Shown: positions 45,606-61,165 of the stretch, one piece after another
Numbering within the stretch: the stretch's first letter is position 1
Layout: each line of letters begins with the position of its first letter
Assembly (NCBI RefSeq): GCF_009914755.1
Contig: NC_060927.1
Strand: one strand, 5' to 3'
Source of the DNA: the human T2T-CHM13v2.0 reference genome, Homo sapiens
DNA length: 64,000 nucleotides
Translations under genes and position numbers: made by a program
Notes under the pieces: model-generated
The model's input: only the letters and a program-made list of their open reading frames with translations
Database searches by the model: none
What the model was told of the DNA's origin: nothing

Positions 45606-47159
45606 AATAATGTTAAAGCTGCTGTTTTCATACCTGCAAAATCAGCCCTTCTGTAAGTAACTCCTGTTAAGTTTGGATGAGATTAGAATTTAGGTGCCTT
45701 ATGACTATATACTTTATTTTTCCCCCTATTCTTTTTCATGAAAATAAATTACTCGAGTTAAAGGACTGTCATTCTGAGATTGTCCTTCTGTGAAATAATG
45801 ATATTAGTGTTGTTCTCTTTCTCTCTTTTCCCCAAATAAAAGCACTGCTGTTTTATGAGGATGAGCTACACTGACAAGCATGTTGATTTGTTTACTTAAA
45901 GCTGAAGTTTGGAGTACATATTGTCTTAAAATGAGAAATGGGGTATTTGGGAGGACATTTTTTTAAAATTCGGGTATAACATGACTTTTTAATGATAAAT
46001 TAGATAAATAATAAAACATGTTGGATAATGATAATGCTAAGGGAAAAGAAAATGAAAGAGGATACGATTGTTTGGGTGGACAAGACAGTTGAAATTTTAG
46101 ATAATGTTGGCTACAGAAGGCCTTACTGGTGGCTTCTGAGTAAAGAACTGAAGTAAGTTTGGAGATGAGCCATGTGATTTTCTGGAGGGAAGGCATCTGG
46201 GTAGAGGGCACAGCAGTGCAAAGGCTCTGCAGCAGAGTGTGCCTGATGGGAGACATTGAGGAGGCCGGTTTGTGATGCTTTGAAAACAGATAATGAGAGG
46301 GTTGGAGTATTAACCTTTGTCTTAGCTGTGTTTCTATACTTTACCCCAGAGCATTTGCTTTTATGTTTATATATTAATCACCTTTCCATTTGAGAAATGA
46401 GATTCCTTTCTTTAAAAACATTTTGAAAACTACAGAACTAGATAACTTGTCTTCCAAACTATTCTTAGTTCTCATTGACAGTCTCTGTAGGTGCTTATTT
46501 TTCAACAGTCAATTTAAGTCCCAGTCTCACATTGGTGTGTTTTTTAATTCAGCAGGTATTCGAGAGCTATATTCAACCCTACTTTATGTGGTTTATTTTT
46601 AAGCCCCCACATGATTATATTCCTTGCTTCTGTTGAAGAGAAGAGGCTGAGACAGCTTGGAACAGTTGGAGAATAATATAAGATAACATTCTACCTAAAA
46701 CCTTTCTAGCCAAGGTTGCTTCTTACCCTTTGTTACCAAATATAAAAGCTAGTTTTCAACTCTTGTTGGCCTCTTAATATTAGGACCATACATTTCCTTG
46801 AAACACCATCCTGTCACTCTGGTTGCACCATTTCTCTTTCTCAAGGATTCCTCATTCCTTGAGTTTATGCCTTAACTGCTTCTTCTCACTCTCCTTAATC
46901 TCTTCGGATGCTTCTATCTACTATATGGCTTCAGTTACCACCTATAGGTTGTTGATTCTCATATCTAAATTTGTAGTCTAAACCCCTCTCTTGAGCTGAA
47001 TTGTTAGCATTTGTAATTAGTTGGCTTTTTACATATTCATTTTTATATTTAAAGCAATTTGATATCTTTTACCTAAAAAAAAAAAAAAAGCTAGTTCTTC
47101 CTCTCTTTACTTTGGTATAATAGTATTCTTGTCCAGTTGATTAAGTTATAATCTTTATG

Positions 47160-47698
47160 TTCGTGACCATTAGTCAAAAGCTATCAGGTACGCACCTGTA
47201 GTAAACAAAGTTAGGTTTATTGATGCTTTCTGCAGCAAGGGAAGCCACATACCATGGGGAAACCATGAAATGTCGGTAAGATGATGTTGGACAGACTTAG
47301 AGAATGTGGGCTTTTGTTGGGTAATTTTGGGGAGGATTCAGGGAAGTGATGAAGGTTTCCTTTGGATTGGATGCTGTGAAGAAGTGGGGATAATTCTATG
47401 ATTGGGTATCTTCATAAATCTTATCTAGGAGGTGACAAGAACAGAGTGACGCTAAAACTAAATGGTAAAGAAGCAGCAGTCACTTGTGCAAGATGGGATT
47501 TTTTGTGGTTTGCATGGAGTCCTTGCTTTTGTCTGTTCTCAGACGCAATTCCACAGTGGCTTGGGTTTGCCTCACTTCCATCATAGTCTGATGTTAGTGA
47601 TCTGTGAGATCTTGTTTGACAGAAAAATGCCACAGTCTAGCTGTGAGTGCTGAGCCACCTCCTAGCTGTGAAGGGCTGCATTTCTCTCTCTTTCTCAC
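47160..47698 (-). mobile_element. Probable old solo LTR (ERV-type, family uncertain)
   Basis: Minus-strand polyA signal (gtttattg), LTR-like composition and terminal ...tctttctca. Confidence 0.45.
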
Positions 47699-48580
47699 TT
47701 ATTTGGGATAGATGTAGATTAGGTGGCATTTAGACAATAAGAAGATGTATTTTAGGGTATTTGAACAAATAATTTACATGCTATTGGCTATGTGTGAGGG
47801 GCAGTAAAGAAAATTATTATACTGGTAATGTATCAGTAGGATCTAGTGTTATGTTGAAGTAGAGATCACTTGGTTGTTTGTTCTTTATGTATCAATCATA
47901 CATGGGGCCTTTTATAGCTAAATGTTTGAGTACTTAACTATTTGCCAGACACTAAGTACTTACATGTTCCCTTTTAATCTTTCAAGTAAGTTGAGTCAGA
48001 AAGGAAGGATGCATATTCCTGTCTTTGGGAATAAGAACCAAACTGGAAATCCAGGTGTGGCTAGTGGTGTAGACTGTTAAGTAATGTTTAAGAGTGTGAG
48101 TTTTAGCATAATAGATTGAATTGATTAGATACAAATGGTTAATAAATTTTAAAAAATAGCCTGTGACAATGTTCAGGATGACTAGAAACTCTTGGTTTTA
48201 GGTATTTATTTGGCTTTCCCCATAACGTAGGCCCAAATGTGTAATGTGAAAACAAAAAAGACTAAAGCTGCCAGGAAAGGGTACAAGTTGTGGTGGTAAG
48301 CTGTAAAGAATTTGGCTTTAAGTTAAAATAAATACATATTAGAAATATTGTGATTAAAAACTATGCTGAAGTTAGGGATGAAATTACTTTGAATACATCA
48401 AAAATGATAGATGGATAGATATGTGATGAATAGCAAAATGCTAATTGTAGAATCTAAATGGTGGTCACATGGCTGTTCACTGTGAAATTCTTTCAACCTT
48501 TGTGTATATTTGAAAGTTTTAATAATAAGATATTGGGGGAGGGTGGAGGTATAAACTATCTGCTAAAGTCTTCTCTCTGA

Positions 48581-48808
<228 letters not shown>

Positions 48809-49705
48809 TGAGTGTAGGCCCTGTGCTCTTACTAAGAACACATTTCAACCTGTTCTTGTTTTAACTACCTGTACCTTGGAGAACAAGAGTGGGTAATTTA
48901 CTAGGAGACTCAAGACTGTAATGTTACGTAGGTTCTCAGTTGTGCCACATTTGTCTGATTAACGTGTGCCTGTGATGAAATTCGTTTGTTCTAAATGCAG
49001 AACACTGTGGACTTCAGGCAAAAATCTTTAAATATTTAGGTTTGACTTCAAGTACTCATTCTGCTTGGGACTGCAGCAACTCAGCCAATTGTTAGCTAAT
49101 CCTAAATTAGTTGTGCCGCTTGGGGATATTTGAATTTTCCTAGCCAGCTTCTGAAGGCTGAAGGCCTTTAAGGAATTCAGCATTTTCTTTTTTGTTTTTG
49201 AAGCATTTTAATCACCTTTATTTCTTAGTTGTAATTGCAACTTCCTTGAAAGTAAAGTATAGCTGGTGTTACCTATGGGTTAATACTCCTAACAGTGGCT
49301 CCCTATTTTTATCAGTGTTCCCTAATGTTTGAATTTCAGAGGTAACCTTAGTTTTGCCATGCCAGAAAAGGTGGTTTATATTCTTTCTTGAAAAGCATAA
49401 ATGAAAATTGGGGTCAGGGAGTGCTCTCCTACTCTACCCTTTTTTTTCTCTCCCTCTTCCCAGCATCAAGTAAGGGATATCTTTATTTAACCTTCACTTC
49501 ACCCACTCCCTTCCAAAGAGCTCAACAATCAGGCTGTATTTGTATAGTTTTTAGGAGCATTCTTAGTATTTTATTTCCTGTGGTACTGATGTTACAGAAT
49601 AGCCAGTCCTGAGTAAATTGGGCTCCTTTTAGATGGTTCAAAGCAATCCAATTCTACAGAAAATTTTGTATCTGTAAGAGTTATGAATTTTCTAATCCAG
49701 TACCG

Positions 49706-50280
49706 TGTGTCAGTTAGGATGCCTTTGCCTGTGATAACAGAATATCCAGCTCTAGTTGGAATTAGAATCCAGTCTAGCAGTAGATTGAACAATAAGAAAA
49801 TTTGTCTTGCATGACTAGAAGTCTTGAAGTAGTACAGTTCAAAACTGGTTAATTTCACAGCTCAATTATATCTTCAGGGATCTAGATTTGTTCCATCTTT
49901 ATACTCTGCTGAACTCAGCCTGTTGATTATCCTCTTGGGACCATGAGGGGAGCTAGTCTAATATGGCCATGTATTTCTAGGTATCACGTGCAGATGACAA
50001 TGTCCAAATGCAGAAAAAGGGACCGTCCCTTCCTTGTGTCCTATTTTAAAACTGAAGAAAGGTTTCCCAGAGGGCTCCCTAGGATACTCTATTTATCCCC
50101 TGATGTCTCACTGGCTGCAATTGTTTTATATGCATATTTCTAAACCAGCAGCTGGCAAAGGAAATGAGATCACATGACTGGTACTTAGACTAGTTAAGGT
50201 TTACCTTCTAGGACTGGGGAAGGTCCCAGAGTTCTTTGGAGCAAATTGCCATTGGTATTTTAATAAAACCAATAAGCAAA
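49706..50280. mobile_element. MLT1-type MaLR LTR remnant
   Basis: tgtgtcagttaggatgc...gtgataacagaa...ttgtcttgcatgactagaagtc is typical of MLT1 ends. Confidence 0.6.
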
Positions 50281-53200
50281 GAAAGAAAGGAGCCACAGTT
50301 GATAGGAAACTAATAACATCTGTATCACAGATAGCCTTAACTTTTGGTACTGGTTATTTATTTCTTTTTGTGTAAGAAAAGGAATTCCTCTTTTGAAAAA
50401 GGAATTTTTCTTTTTGTATCTTTTTCAGTCCTTTTAAGTTATATTGTAGCTCTAACATACAAGCTTATGAGGGAAATTGATTTTACAAAAATACAAAATT
50501 TTCTAAGCTTATGGATTATTTCATGTTGAAGTATGCGTCAGTGTAGTATCTGATTGCTTCCTACACAATATACTATCTGAATTATTCTGATGTTTCCTCT
50601 CCTACCTGTAGTTATTTGTCCTGTTTATCAAGATGCTTCCCCACTACAATAGCATTCAGTCACCACCACCACTGGCTTCCTGTCTCTAATGTTCTCCACC
50701 TACCACAATCCAGCTCCCCTTCCAGGATCTTTATTTCCATATCCCCCACTCACTGCAGGCCTTGGATGAGTCTTAGTGGTACAGTGACACCAGAGGCCCA
50801 ACAGCAGCTCTCTGTATCAAGTCATCTTCTTCTTATCAGGAATGATGGTGACTCCAGGGATGAAGAAGAACCAGGAAATAGAGGAAATAAACTGATCAGG
50901 AAAAAAGGATACCCAAAAATCTGGTCATTAAGAAAAAAGGGAGGAAATGGAGGCAGACAAGAAAGACAGAATGGGGTTCCTAGAGCTGCCAGCCAGACCA
51001 AAGTAAAATCATTTCCACGTGGTCAGGAAAAAAACCATTAGGTTAGAAGATGTTACCCAGGTTATAATGTCCCCACCAAAGCATTTGACAAATTCCACTG
51101 CTTGGATATAACATCCTGGAGGTGGTATTGATTTGGCCTTTCTGTACTATAGGAGTATGAAGTTTTGAAATGGCCCATCCTGCCCCAAGGATGTAATAGT
51201 CCATCCTGCCTCAGTACAAGAGAAGAGGCATCAATAGAATGGTATGGGAACTCAGAGATGATAGCTTTTCTTTTTTTAAATAAGTGGCAATATTATTAGT
51301 TTGATTACTGATCTGTAATCAGTTAAATTCTAGCTTGTCCCTAGATCAGAAACTAGGGGCTACCTCTGCAGAACTGTCAGTAGGCCTAACCCAAGAATTG
51401 ATGGACAATTCTATCCTTTCAGCAAGTCAACCTATTGATGAGATATAAAAATCTTCCTATCTTTCTAGAGTGGAATTCCTTGCTAGTAACCTTCCCTTTT
51501 TCATCATCTCTTAACACTTACCTTAAAGATTTTTAAAAATTTAGTTTTGAAATAATATTCCCCTCTCATCTCTGAGTAAGAGTTGTATCTTTTAAAAGTT
51601 CTAAAATTTATTAAATAATATAAAAAGATTCAAACATGAATTGTCATTTTTGTCATCTTCAATTAAAATTGTTCCAAATTTTAAAATTTGTTTGACTTAT
51701 GGTCAAATGTCTGCTGCCTCAAACTAGAATAAAACCCATCTTGAATTTCTATGACAGAATACTAAAAACAAAAGACTTTTTAAAAGTACTCTTGTGTTAA
51801 CATTTATTTTAATTCTGTTCTTTTCTCTCTAGCTTTCTTGTTTTTCTCAAAGTACTCCTCATACCTTCATAAGACAGTCTTTGTAGTCAATGCTAAAGAT
51901 AGAGAATAGAGAAAAACTCTGTGTTCAGGATTATATATAAAGAGAAGCAGTAACCTCAGAGTGAGTGAGTCATTTAAGTCTGAATCAAGGAAAGATAAGG
52001 ATGTGGTTGGCCAGATCAGAGAAATATGCCTATTCTGTCTCTCCCAGGTGGGTTTAGCTAACTCAGGGAGAAACATTTTGGGGTGGCAGATATATAGAGC
52101 AGGCTCAGCACATCAAGATGGGGATGTTGGCTGAGGATAGAAGAGGCATTGAAAGGAGTCAGAGAGACAAATGGGTGTGAGAGGAGAGGCCAGAATGTAG
52201 AATAAGCACAGAAACATAAAAAACCAGATCAGACCAAGAGAAAAGAGAAAGTAAAGTGAATGCTGAAGAAGAGAAAAGTTCGAAAAGCCAACCTATACAA
52301 AGTAAGCAGCATCATATTACAGTGAAGGCAGCCACATAGCCTTTAAAAGACCACACAGAACAGATAGAAGATAGAGAATGACTAGGGACAGTTAATGGTT
52401 AAATTGAGATGAACAAGAAATGATACACAAAGTAACATCAATGAATGCAGAAAGAAATAGCAGAGAGAAACCAGTTATGTGCAATTGTAGCATAAGACTT
52501 CAGAATATAGCAAAAAAAAAAAAAAATAGATGGATTGGATATATTTACAGAGAGATGCCTCATAGGTCTAGACTTAGAGTGGAGAGCAAATAACTGGTAG
52601 AAAGTAGGAGCAGTGAGGAGGCAAAAGAAGTGATTGAGACATGGAACAGGTAGAACAGGCACCGGGAAGAAAAAGGCTGTGGGAGAAAGTGGTTTACAAA
52701 GTAGCCCTGGGCACAGAGGTGGAATAATGAAAAGTATGCAAACGCAGTACCTGGAAGGCATGGATTAAATGACTGGATCAGTGTGGACTGGGCAACTGGA
52801 GATAACATTATTTTTTTGTTGCACAAGTAGCATGGCCCTATAGATATCCAGAGGCAGGACAGGATAGGTGGGATGAGCTAAGCCCAAGTTTACCTCCAGA
52901 GGATGGTCAGAAACACAGTGTAATTTAGGGAAAGATGTGATGGGCTAATCAGATACACGGACACAGACCTCAGCTAAGTATGAGTTAGAAAACCCCAGTA
53001 GATAAGAAGTGGACCCAGAACAAGTGAAGAGTAAGGGAGTAAGCAGAGATGAAGTAAGACAAAAGTGAAGGCAAAATAGTGAATGGCTTAGGAGGAAAGA
53101 CTAATGAAGTATTTATTAGATTCAGAATGAGTCGGGGCTCCACACAGGAGATAATTCAGGATCCATGGAAAAGAGTGAGAAAAACGGACGAAAAATAAAG

Positions 53201-54189
53201 GAGAAACGTGAGACCAGGTCAGTCATGGACACTGAAAGAAACACCCAAAAGGTTTGGAGTGAGCAGGCAGTTCAAGAAACATGAAGATGGTTACAGGATA
53301 AAAAATAGCTGGACAGAGCGGGAGGTGGAGAAGCATACGTAGAAGTTGAAGTGGAAAGCATCAGTAGCAGGCAGAGAAAGGCATGAGCTCAGACAGAGAA
53401 TCAGGCATATTCGAAAGAATTTGGAACAGATTGAGAGTGAAACAGGCAGATAAAATGGGGAACCATCAGAAATACTGAAAACTTGGCCTAACACAGAGGT
53501 TGGGGGGAACTTAAGTGACTAGAAGATAAGGAAATGATCAGACATGGAACAGGCTAACAGACAAAGAAGATCGTGGGTGGTAAAAGTAAAAAGCAAAATA
53601 AAATAGACTGAGAAAAACAGACCATTGTTACTGCAGAGTAGAATCAGTGGTTGGAGATGGATACAGAGTATCAGCATAGATGTGGAGATAGAAACATACA
53701 ACTACATAGAAAAGCAGCTAGTTTGTGCAGAGGGTTATACCTTACTGCATGAGTGGTGGGAGAAGAACGTTGGTTGAGGTCAGGCTTTGTAGAATAGTTT
53801 TCTAGCTTTTTCCATGATCAGCACACAAAAGAAAGGAAAAAGCACACAGAACCACTTTGAATTGTTCTGGGTTGAGCTGAGATAACATTTTTAAAAATAC
53901 AATGTGTTTTGTTTTTGTTTTTTAAACAAAATACTGGGAGAGATTTTTGTCAGACTAGTGGCTTTAAGTAGATGATGTCACCATATCACTTTCTCCTTCT
54001 CCAAGTATTAATAGATTTATTGAAACATCTTAAATCTATAAAACCTCAGTCATTTATATACATCAGAGGATCCCATGTTTGAGGAACTTAAATATAAATA
54101 TGATGTGTTTTTCTAACGCATACAACTTTTACCCTGAGGTATAGAAGCACTTTCTTGGAATTGTTAAAGCATGTGTGCATGATTGCTAG

Positions 54190-54558
<369 letters not shown>

Positions 54559-55598
54559 TAAAATGGATGTGTCTTAGGTTCTGTAGAACATGAACTTGGC
54601 TTAGTGGGAAACTGCCTGGGCAATTCTGGATCTGTTCTACAGAACAATTAATTGCATTATATTAGGAAGTAAGAAATTGAACAATAAGATAAAAACCAAC
54701 TAGTATACTTCCATTGCCCTTCAACTTAGTGAAAATAACAAATAGCCTTTTAAATTTTCATTTTTAGATTTGAAAAATTGTCATCTTTTTATCTTAATTT
54801 CTTGGAAAAATGCTATCTGTTGTTTTCAAGGTAGCCATACTCACCTTTCCTTTAATCTTATATTACCCTGACTTATATGCATTTAATTTTTCTGAATTGG
54901 GAGCCAAAACTATACGCTACCCCAAACTTTATGTTTTCTCTTCATAAATACCAAGGAGTGTATGCTACCTGAAATAGATACAAAGAGACCACATGAATAA
55001 AGGATTGAGCATTCTCACAGTCCAAGACGGTTAGCAGAACTTTGTTCTAGAGGATTTTGGAAATTTCTGAGGCATAAAGGGTTAAGAATTGCATACTAAT
55101 CTTCGGAAGTTAGAGAACTGCAAGATTTTACTTTCTAAGTTTTAGTCTAAGTTACTGCATTCAAGACTTTGAGTGATGATGGTTTAGGAGTATGTAGAAA
55201 ATGGGAGGCAAAAATGGATGACGATGACTCAAGCTGGAAAGTAGAGAGGAAGGGTGTCTCTATTTCTTGCTGAATTTTATCAGTGTAACAATCAATGTGC
55301 CGCTACTCCCAAGTTAATATATCATTACTAACATATCACGTGAGTTTGGTGATATGTTAGTGCCAAAGAATAATCAGTAGCTGAAAACCACTTGTTTTTT
55401 GGCGTTTCTCCTAGCCTCTTTTCCCTTCATAATTAGCATTTAGTATATGTATATACTAGAAATTGTGAAGGTAACGTGGAGTTTGGTAGTGATGGTAAAG
55501 CAGCTAATACCTCTACTGTGATTCTCTTTGATATATTAATTTTAATAAGAAAAGGTTTTCCAAGGCAACCATACTTTACCCTCCTTCTTCCTCACTGA

Positions 55599-55928
<330 letters not shown>

Positions 55929-58897
55929 TAGATTATACAGTAGTTAGGCTATACTACTACTTAATAAATTTGTTTTCCCCAACTTGGCTTCTTGCCTGTT
56001 CTTAAAGCAGCCTTCTTTTCTTTGAACTTAGGAAGAAAACTGAATAAAATAAAATTATTATTAACCAACATTATATATTAAGCTCATAAGTTTAACATTC
56101 TAGTTTACAGTTCCTAAAATGATAGAATATGAATCATATGGGCCTTAAATAAGTTATCTGGTCTACTTAAGTTTTGTAAATATTTATTTCTGCATAAAAT
56201 AGGATAGTATGTTGTCATGTCTGAATTTATCCTAAGTTTCTTGATAGTAGAGCAGACTCTATCCAGTGAATGTATGAAGTGGGTCTTAACACTTGATTTT
56301 CCTCAAACTTCAAGTCATGTTGATATCTTTCACAATTGTATCGACTTCAATCATGTTCTCATTACTATACTGAAGAAAGTTCTAATTCCTTTTGATTCTG
56401 TTTTCCTTAAACAGTTCTCTTTTCCACTGCTGCCACCTCCTACAGTTTTTGTTTATTTTTGTCTTTTTCTGGACCATCTCTAATTGTAATATACTTTACT
56501 TGAGACATAGTGACCAGAATGATACATGTTGTTCATGCATGGATTCACCATTGATTTGAGTTTTATTTCCAGTATCTTTCTGGTTTTTACTTGAGATTTT
56601 GTTTGTTGCTTTGGTTCTGGAAGCATGTTAAGACCAAAAACTTCTAGAAACACGTAGAGGTACTTTTTAGGTTCTTCTGTGCCTTGAATCCAATAGCTTG
56701 GATCATATCTTTCAGTATATTTTAGATTATTTTTCTGCAGGCTGATTTTCTTGCACTTGCTGAAATAGAAATAGATCTGCTACTTTTCTGCCCACGTATA
56801 CAACCTTCAGCTCTTCCTATATTTTTTTGCTGCAACTTGGCCTTTCAGTACCCACAATTGCTTAGCATCAATTCCGTGAATATAGTTTCCCAGTATACAT
56901 CTTCTTTGTAATTTATAACTCTGTTGAAAAAGGCTGTTCCTAGAACCACTGTTTCTACTTTACCATCCAGAAATTTGCTCATTTATCCTTGTTTTTTGTT
57001 TTCTGTCTTCATCTGTAACAGAATAATTCTTTTTTCTCCAAACCTCTCAAGACCCTTGTCAGAAATCTGTTACGTGTGACTTAATTTAGTTTACAAAACT
57101 AATTTTCTTTTTCCCTAATTTAATACTTAAACATTAATCAAAATACTGTGTTGATATTATTAAACTATTTGGAACATTCTTTTAGAAGCAATTATTGTCT
57201 TAAAGGCTTGCATGCATTCCTTACCTTCTTTTCTTTCTGTTGTAGTGCTGCATTGGCAGTAAGCTCTAAGGAGGAGGTTCAGCCTTTGACAATATTTTGA
57301 AGTAGTTAAGTTTGATTTTAACTCTCATTTTGACAGTCATGTTATCAAAAGCCTCTTTTCTCTGACCTAAACTTTTAACTTGTCTGCTTCTGTTTCCCTT
57401 TCTCTCTCTTATCTGCTCAGTATCTCATTTTAGGAGTTCTGTGCCTTCTAAAATGTCCAGGGATTTAGCTAATTCATTTTAATGTGTTAATGAGAAGATG
57501 CTTTCACTTTATCCATAGTCAGAATTGACCATTTCTGAGTCTTCTCTTGATGACGATGATGATAGATAACACTATTCTAAGTGCCAGGCCCATTCTAGAC
57601 ACTTCACAGACATTCACTTAATCCCCACAGTAATCTAGTGAAGTAAATACTATTTTCCCCCTTTCTGTACTTGAGAAAATTGAAGCGGAGAGATGAAATA
57701 ACTTGGCCAGAATCATACAGCTAAATAGTGTTAGGATTTGAATCAGGGAGTCAGGTTCCAAACAATACTTTTAATCTTTTTATGTATTTTAAATGGCAGT
57801 ATGTTTGGTAGTAGTATCAGAATGCAGAATGCAGATGGTTTTCTTAAATATTTCATCTGCAGTATATCAGGTAAGATATGTACACAAAATGATAGGAGGT
57901 GTGTGGTGAGAGAAGCTTCATTCCTAAAATTAGATTCTTTTTTTATAAAGAGTTTTAAGTATGCTTAGTTTGCTTCATGAAAATAAAACTCACATTTATT
58001 CACTCATTTGTCAGATGTTTATTCAGTGCCTAACAGAGTGGCAGGTACTATTTAGGTAAATGGGATATATCCATGAATAAACAAGATAAATATCTGTTGT
58101 GGTAGAACCTACATCCTTGGAAAGGGGGTGACAAAGACAATAGATGTAAGTTATTCATTATGTTAGGAAATAAGTGCTATGGGGGAAAAATAGAGCATTG
58201 GGAATGTAGGGATAGGATACATTTAAAAGGTAACATTTGAATAAAGACATGAAAGATGGAAGGGAGTTAGCTGTGTGAGTACCTAAAGGAAAAATATTCC
58301 AGGCAGAGGGAACAGGTAATGCAAAGGCCCTGAGGTAGGAGTGTGTCTGATATGTACAAGGAATACCATGGAGGCTACTGTGGCTAGACAAGAATGAGCA
58401 GGGGAAAGAAGTAAGAGGTAGATGATCAGGAAGGATTCCAGATGATGTGGGACCCTATAGGCCATTGCAAAGCTTTTGGCTTTTACCTTGAGTGAGATAA
58501 AGAGCCATGTTTTGATTTTCTGTTATGCCAGCTACTCTAGTCGATTCTTCATAGACATTATCTTATATGTTTTTATTCAGAACCTTAGAAAGTAGATGCT
58601 TTTATCACCTCATTTTACAGAAAAAGGTATTGAAGTTTAGAGATTAAATAACTTGCCCAAGATGCTTGTGTGTAGAAGAACCAGGATTCAAATCTATGCT
58701 ATAATACTCTTAAAGCCAATGTACTTGACCATTATGCTACTTAAGCTCCAGTTTGTAAGAAATATTTTGAATATTTTATGGATAGCAGCTCAAAAATGGA
58801 ACCAGTGAAGTCTGTTATTTTATCGTATTATTTAAATATATGTTAAAATATTGTCTATATGCTATAAAGAAATGCCATTTATATTTAAGGATATTGA

Positions 58898-59347
<450 letters not shown>

Positions 59348-59494
59348 GCTTTCCCTAATTCTTTCTCCTTTCTCTAATGCTCAGTTCAAAAAGGAATGTC
59401 TCATCTTTGAAGAAAAGTATTTAAGTGGCTTTCTGCCCCTCTTGATGTAAGCAACTGTCCATCCTTGTGCAAAGATTGATGGTAGAGAGTTTGA

Positions 59495-59857
<363 letters not shown>

Positions 59858-60925
59858 TGTATTTTCTTATCTGATTTTTTTCTTGCCTTATTAAGACATA
59901 ATTTTCTCCCTTCTGAAATGAGTGAGGGAAGTTCATAAGGTAAATCCTTCCCATCCATCTGTTTACTACAATAGGTTACAATAATTCACTGATCACATCC
60001 ATTTTATCTGTTCTAGCCAGGCATTCCAAACAATTTCTTATACTGCTGCCCACCAAAGCAGCTTGCCAACAGTCAAATCACTGATTGGGGGAAAAAATCC
60101 TGAAATTTTGCTTAGAATTTGAGCATTTCCTCAAAATTGAGATGGATCAATATGTAAGGGGAGGTGGGAGCGTGTGTGGAAGGGGGAGAGATATACTTGA
60201 GTCTTATGATTAATGTCTAAACCAGAATTTGTGTCTTTAGAACTGACCAGACTGGTAGATTTTATTGTATTGCTTAATGTCTTTTGGTTTGGATTTAGGA
60301 TGATAGAAAACAGAAGTATAATTGGTAAACCCTTAGGAAGAAATTAGAAAAACATGGACGTAAGACAAGAAGTCTCTGTGAAGGGTTGAAGAGTGACAAG
60401 CATTGGTAACAGTGCCTTAGAACTGTGTCAGTTAGTCTGATTTGGAAATCCTTTATGTAAAGCTGAGACTGGTCCTGGTTTTGTTCCCTTTGGGTACAGA
60501 CCTCTTGTCAGTGCTATAAATTGTTTAATGAGGCCATTCCAGCAGAAATCAACAGAATAATTGATTACTCTTCTCTCTCTCTGTCACTCTCCCTCTTTCT
60601 AAACATCATTGAAGGCTGTCTCTCTTTTAATTTTTGTCAGACACAGTATTTTAGGGTGCATCCAGTATACCATTGAGCATTGTAACCTCAGGAAACAGTT
60701 TATTTTGGGTTCTGATATGTAGCATGGTATTTTCCCTAAGGCAGAACTTTAAAAATAAAGAACTTTCACACAAGGGTCTGTAACAATTGTATATCTTACA
60801 ATATTTTTCCTTGCATTGTAATTTTTAAGTATTTATCATTTTATAGTACACATGTAAAGAATATATGAGCCTTGTATGGAGTGATGTTTCATTTACCTGG
60901 GTTGTGTTAATGACTGAATGTTGAC

Positions 60926-60931
60926 AATAAA
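60926..60931 (+). terminator. GTF2E1: Probable GTF2E1 polyadenylation signal
   Basis: AATAAA with upstream TGTA elements and a downstream GT/T-rich tract; a second AATAAA lies at about 60754. Confidence 0.7.
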
Positions 60932-61130
60932 TCTGTTTTATACTGACTGAAGTTTGTTCATTTTAAGTTCTGTAACATCTTGGGGCATATTAAAATGAAT
61001 ATTCTTCCCATTAAAAAAATGTTAAAGACTTTTTTATTAGTCATATTTCAAATGATAGATGCATATGGGATCTAAACTTTTTGTGCAATAAGATGCCTTT
61101 GTACCTTGTATACGTAAAGTATTCAACTTT

Positions 61131-61165
61131 TACACTTGATCTTAGCCAAAAGACCAAGAAGCAAT
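61131..61165 (-). pseudogene. 3'-truncated U2 snRNA retropseudogene (first 35 nt)
   Basis: Minus strand ATTGCTTCTTGGTCTTTTGGCTAAGATCAAGTGTA versus U2 ATCGCTTCTCGGCCTTTTGGCTAAGATCAAGTGTA (3 C>T changes); TSD TTCA(A/G)CTTTT. Confidence 0.9.
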
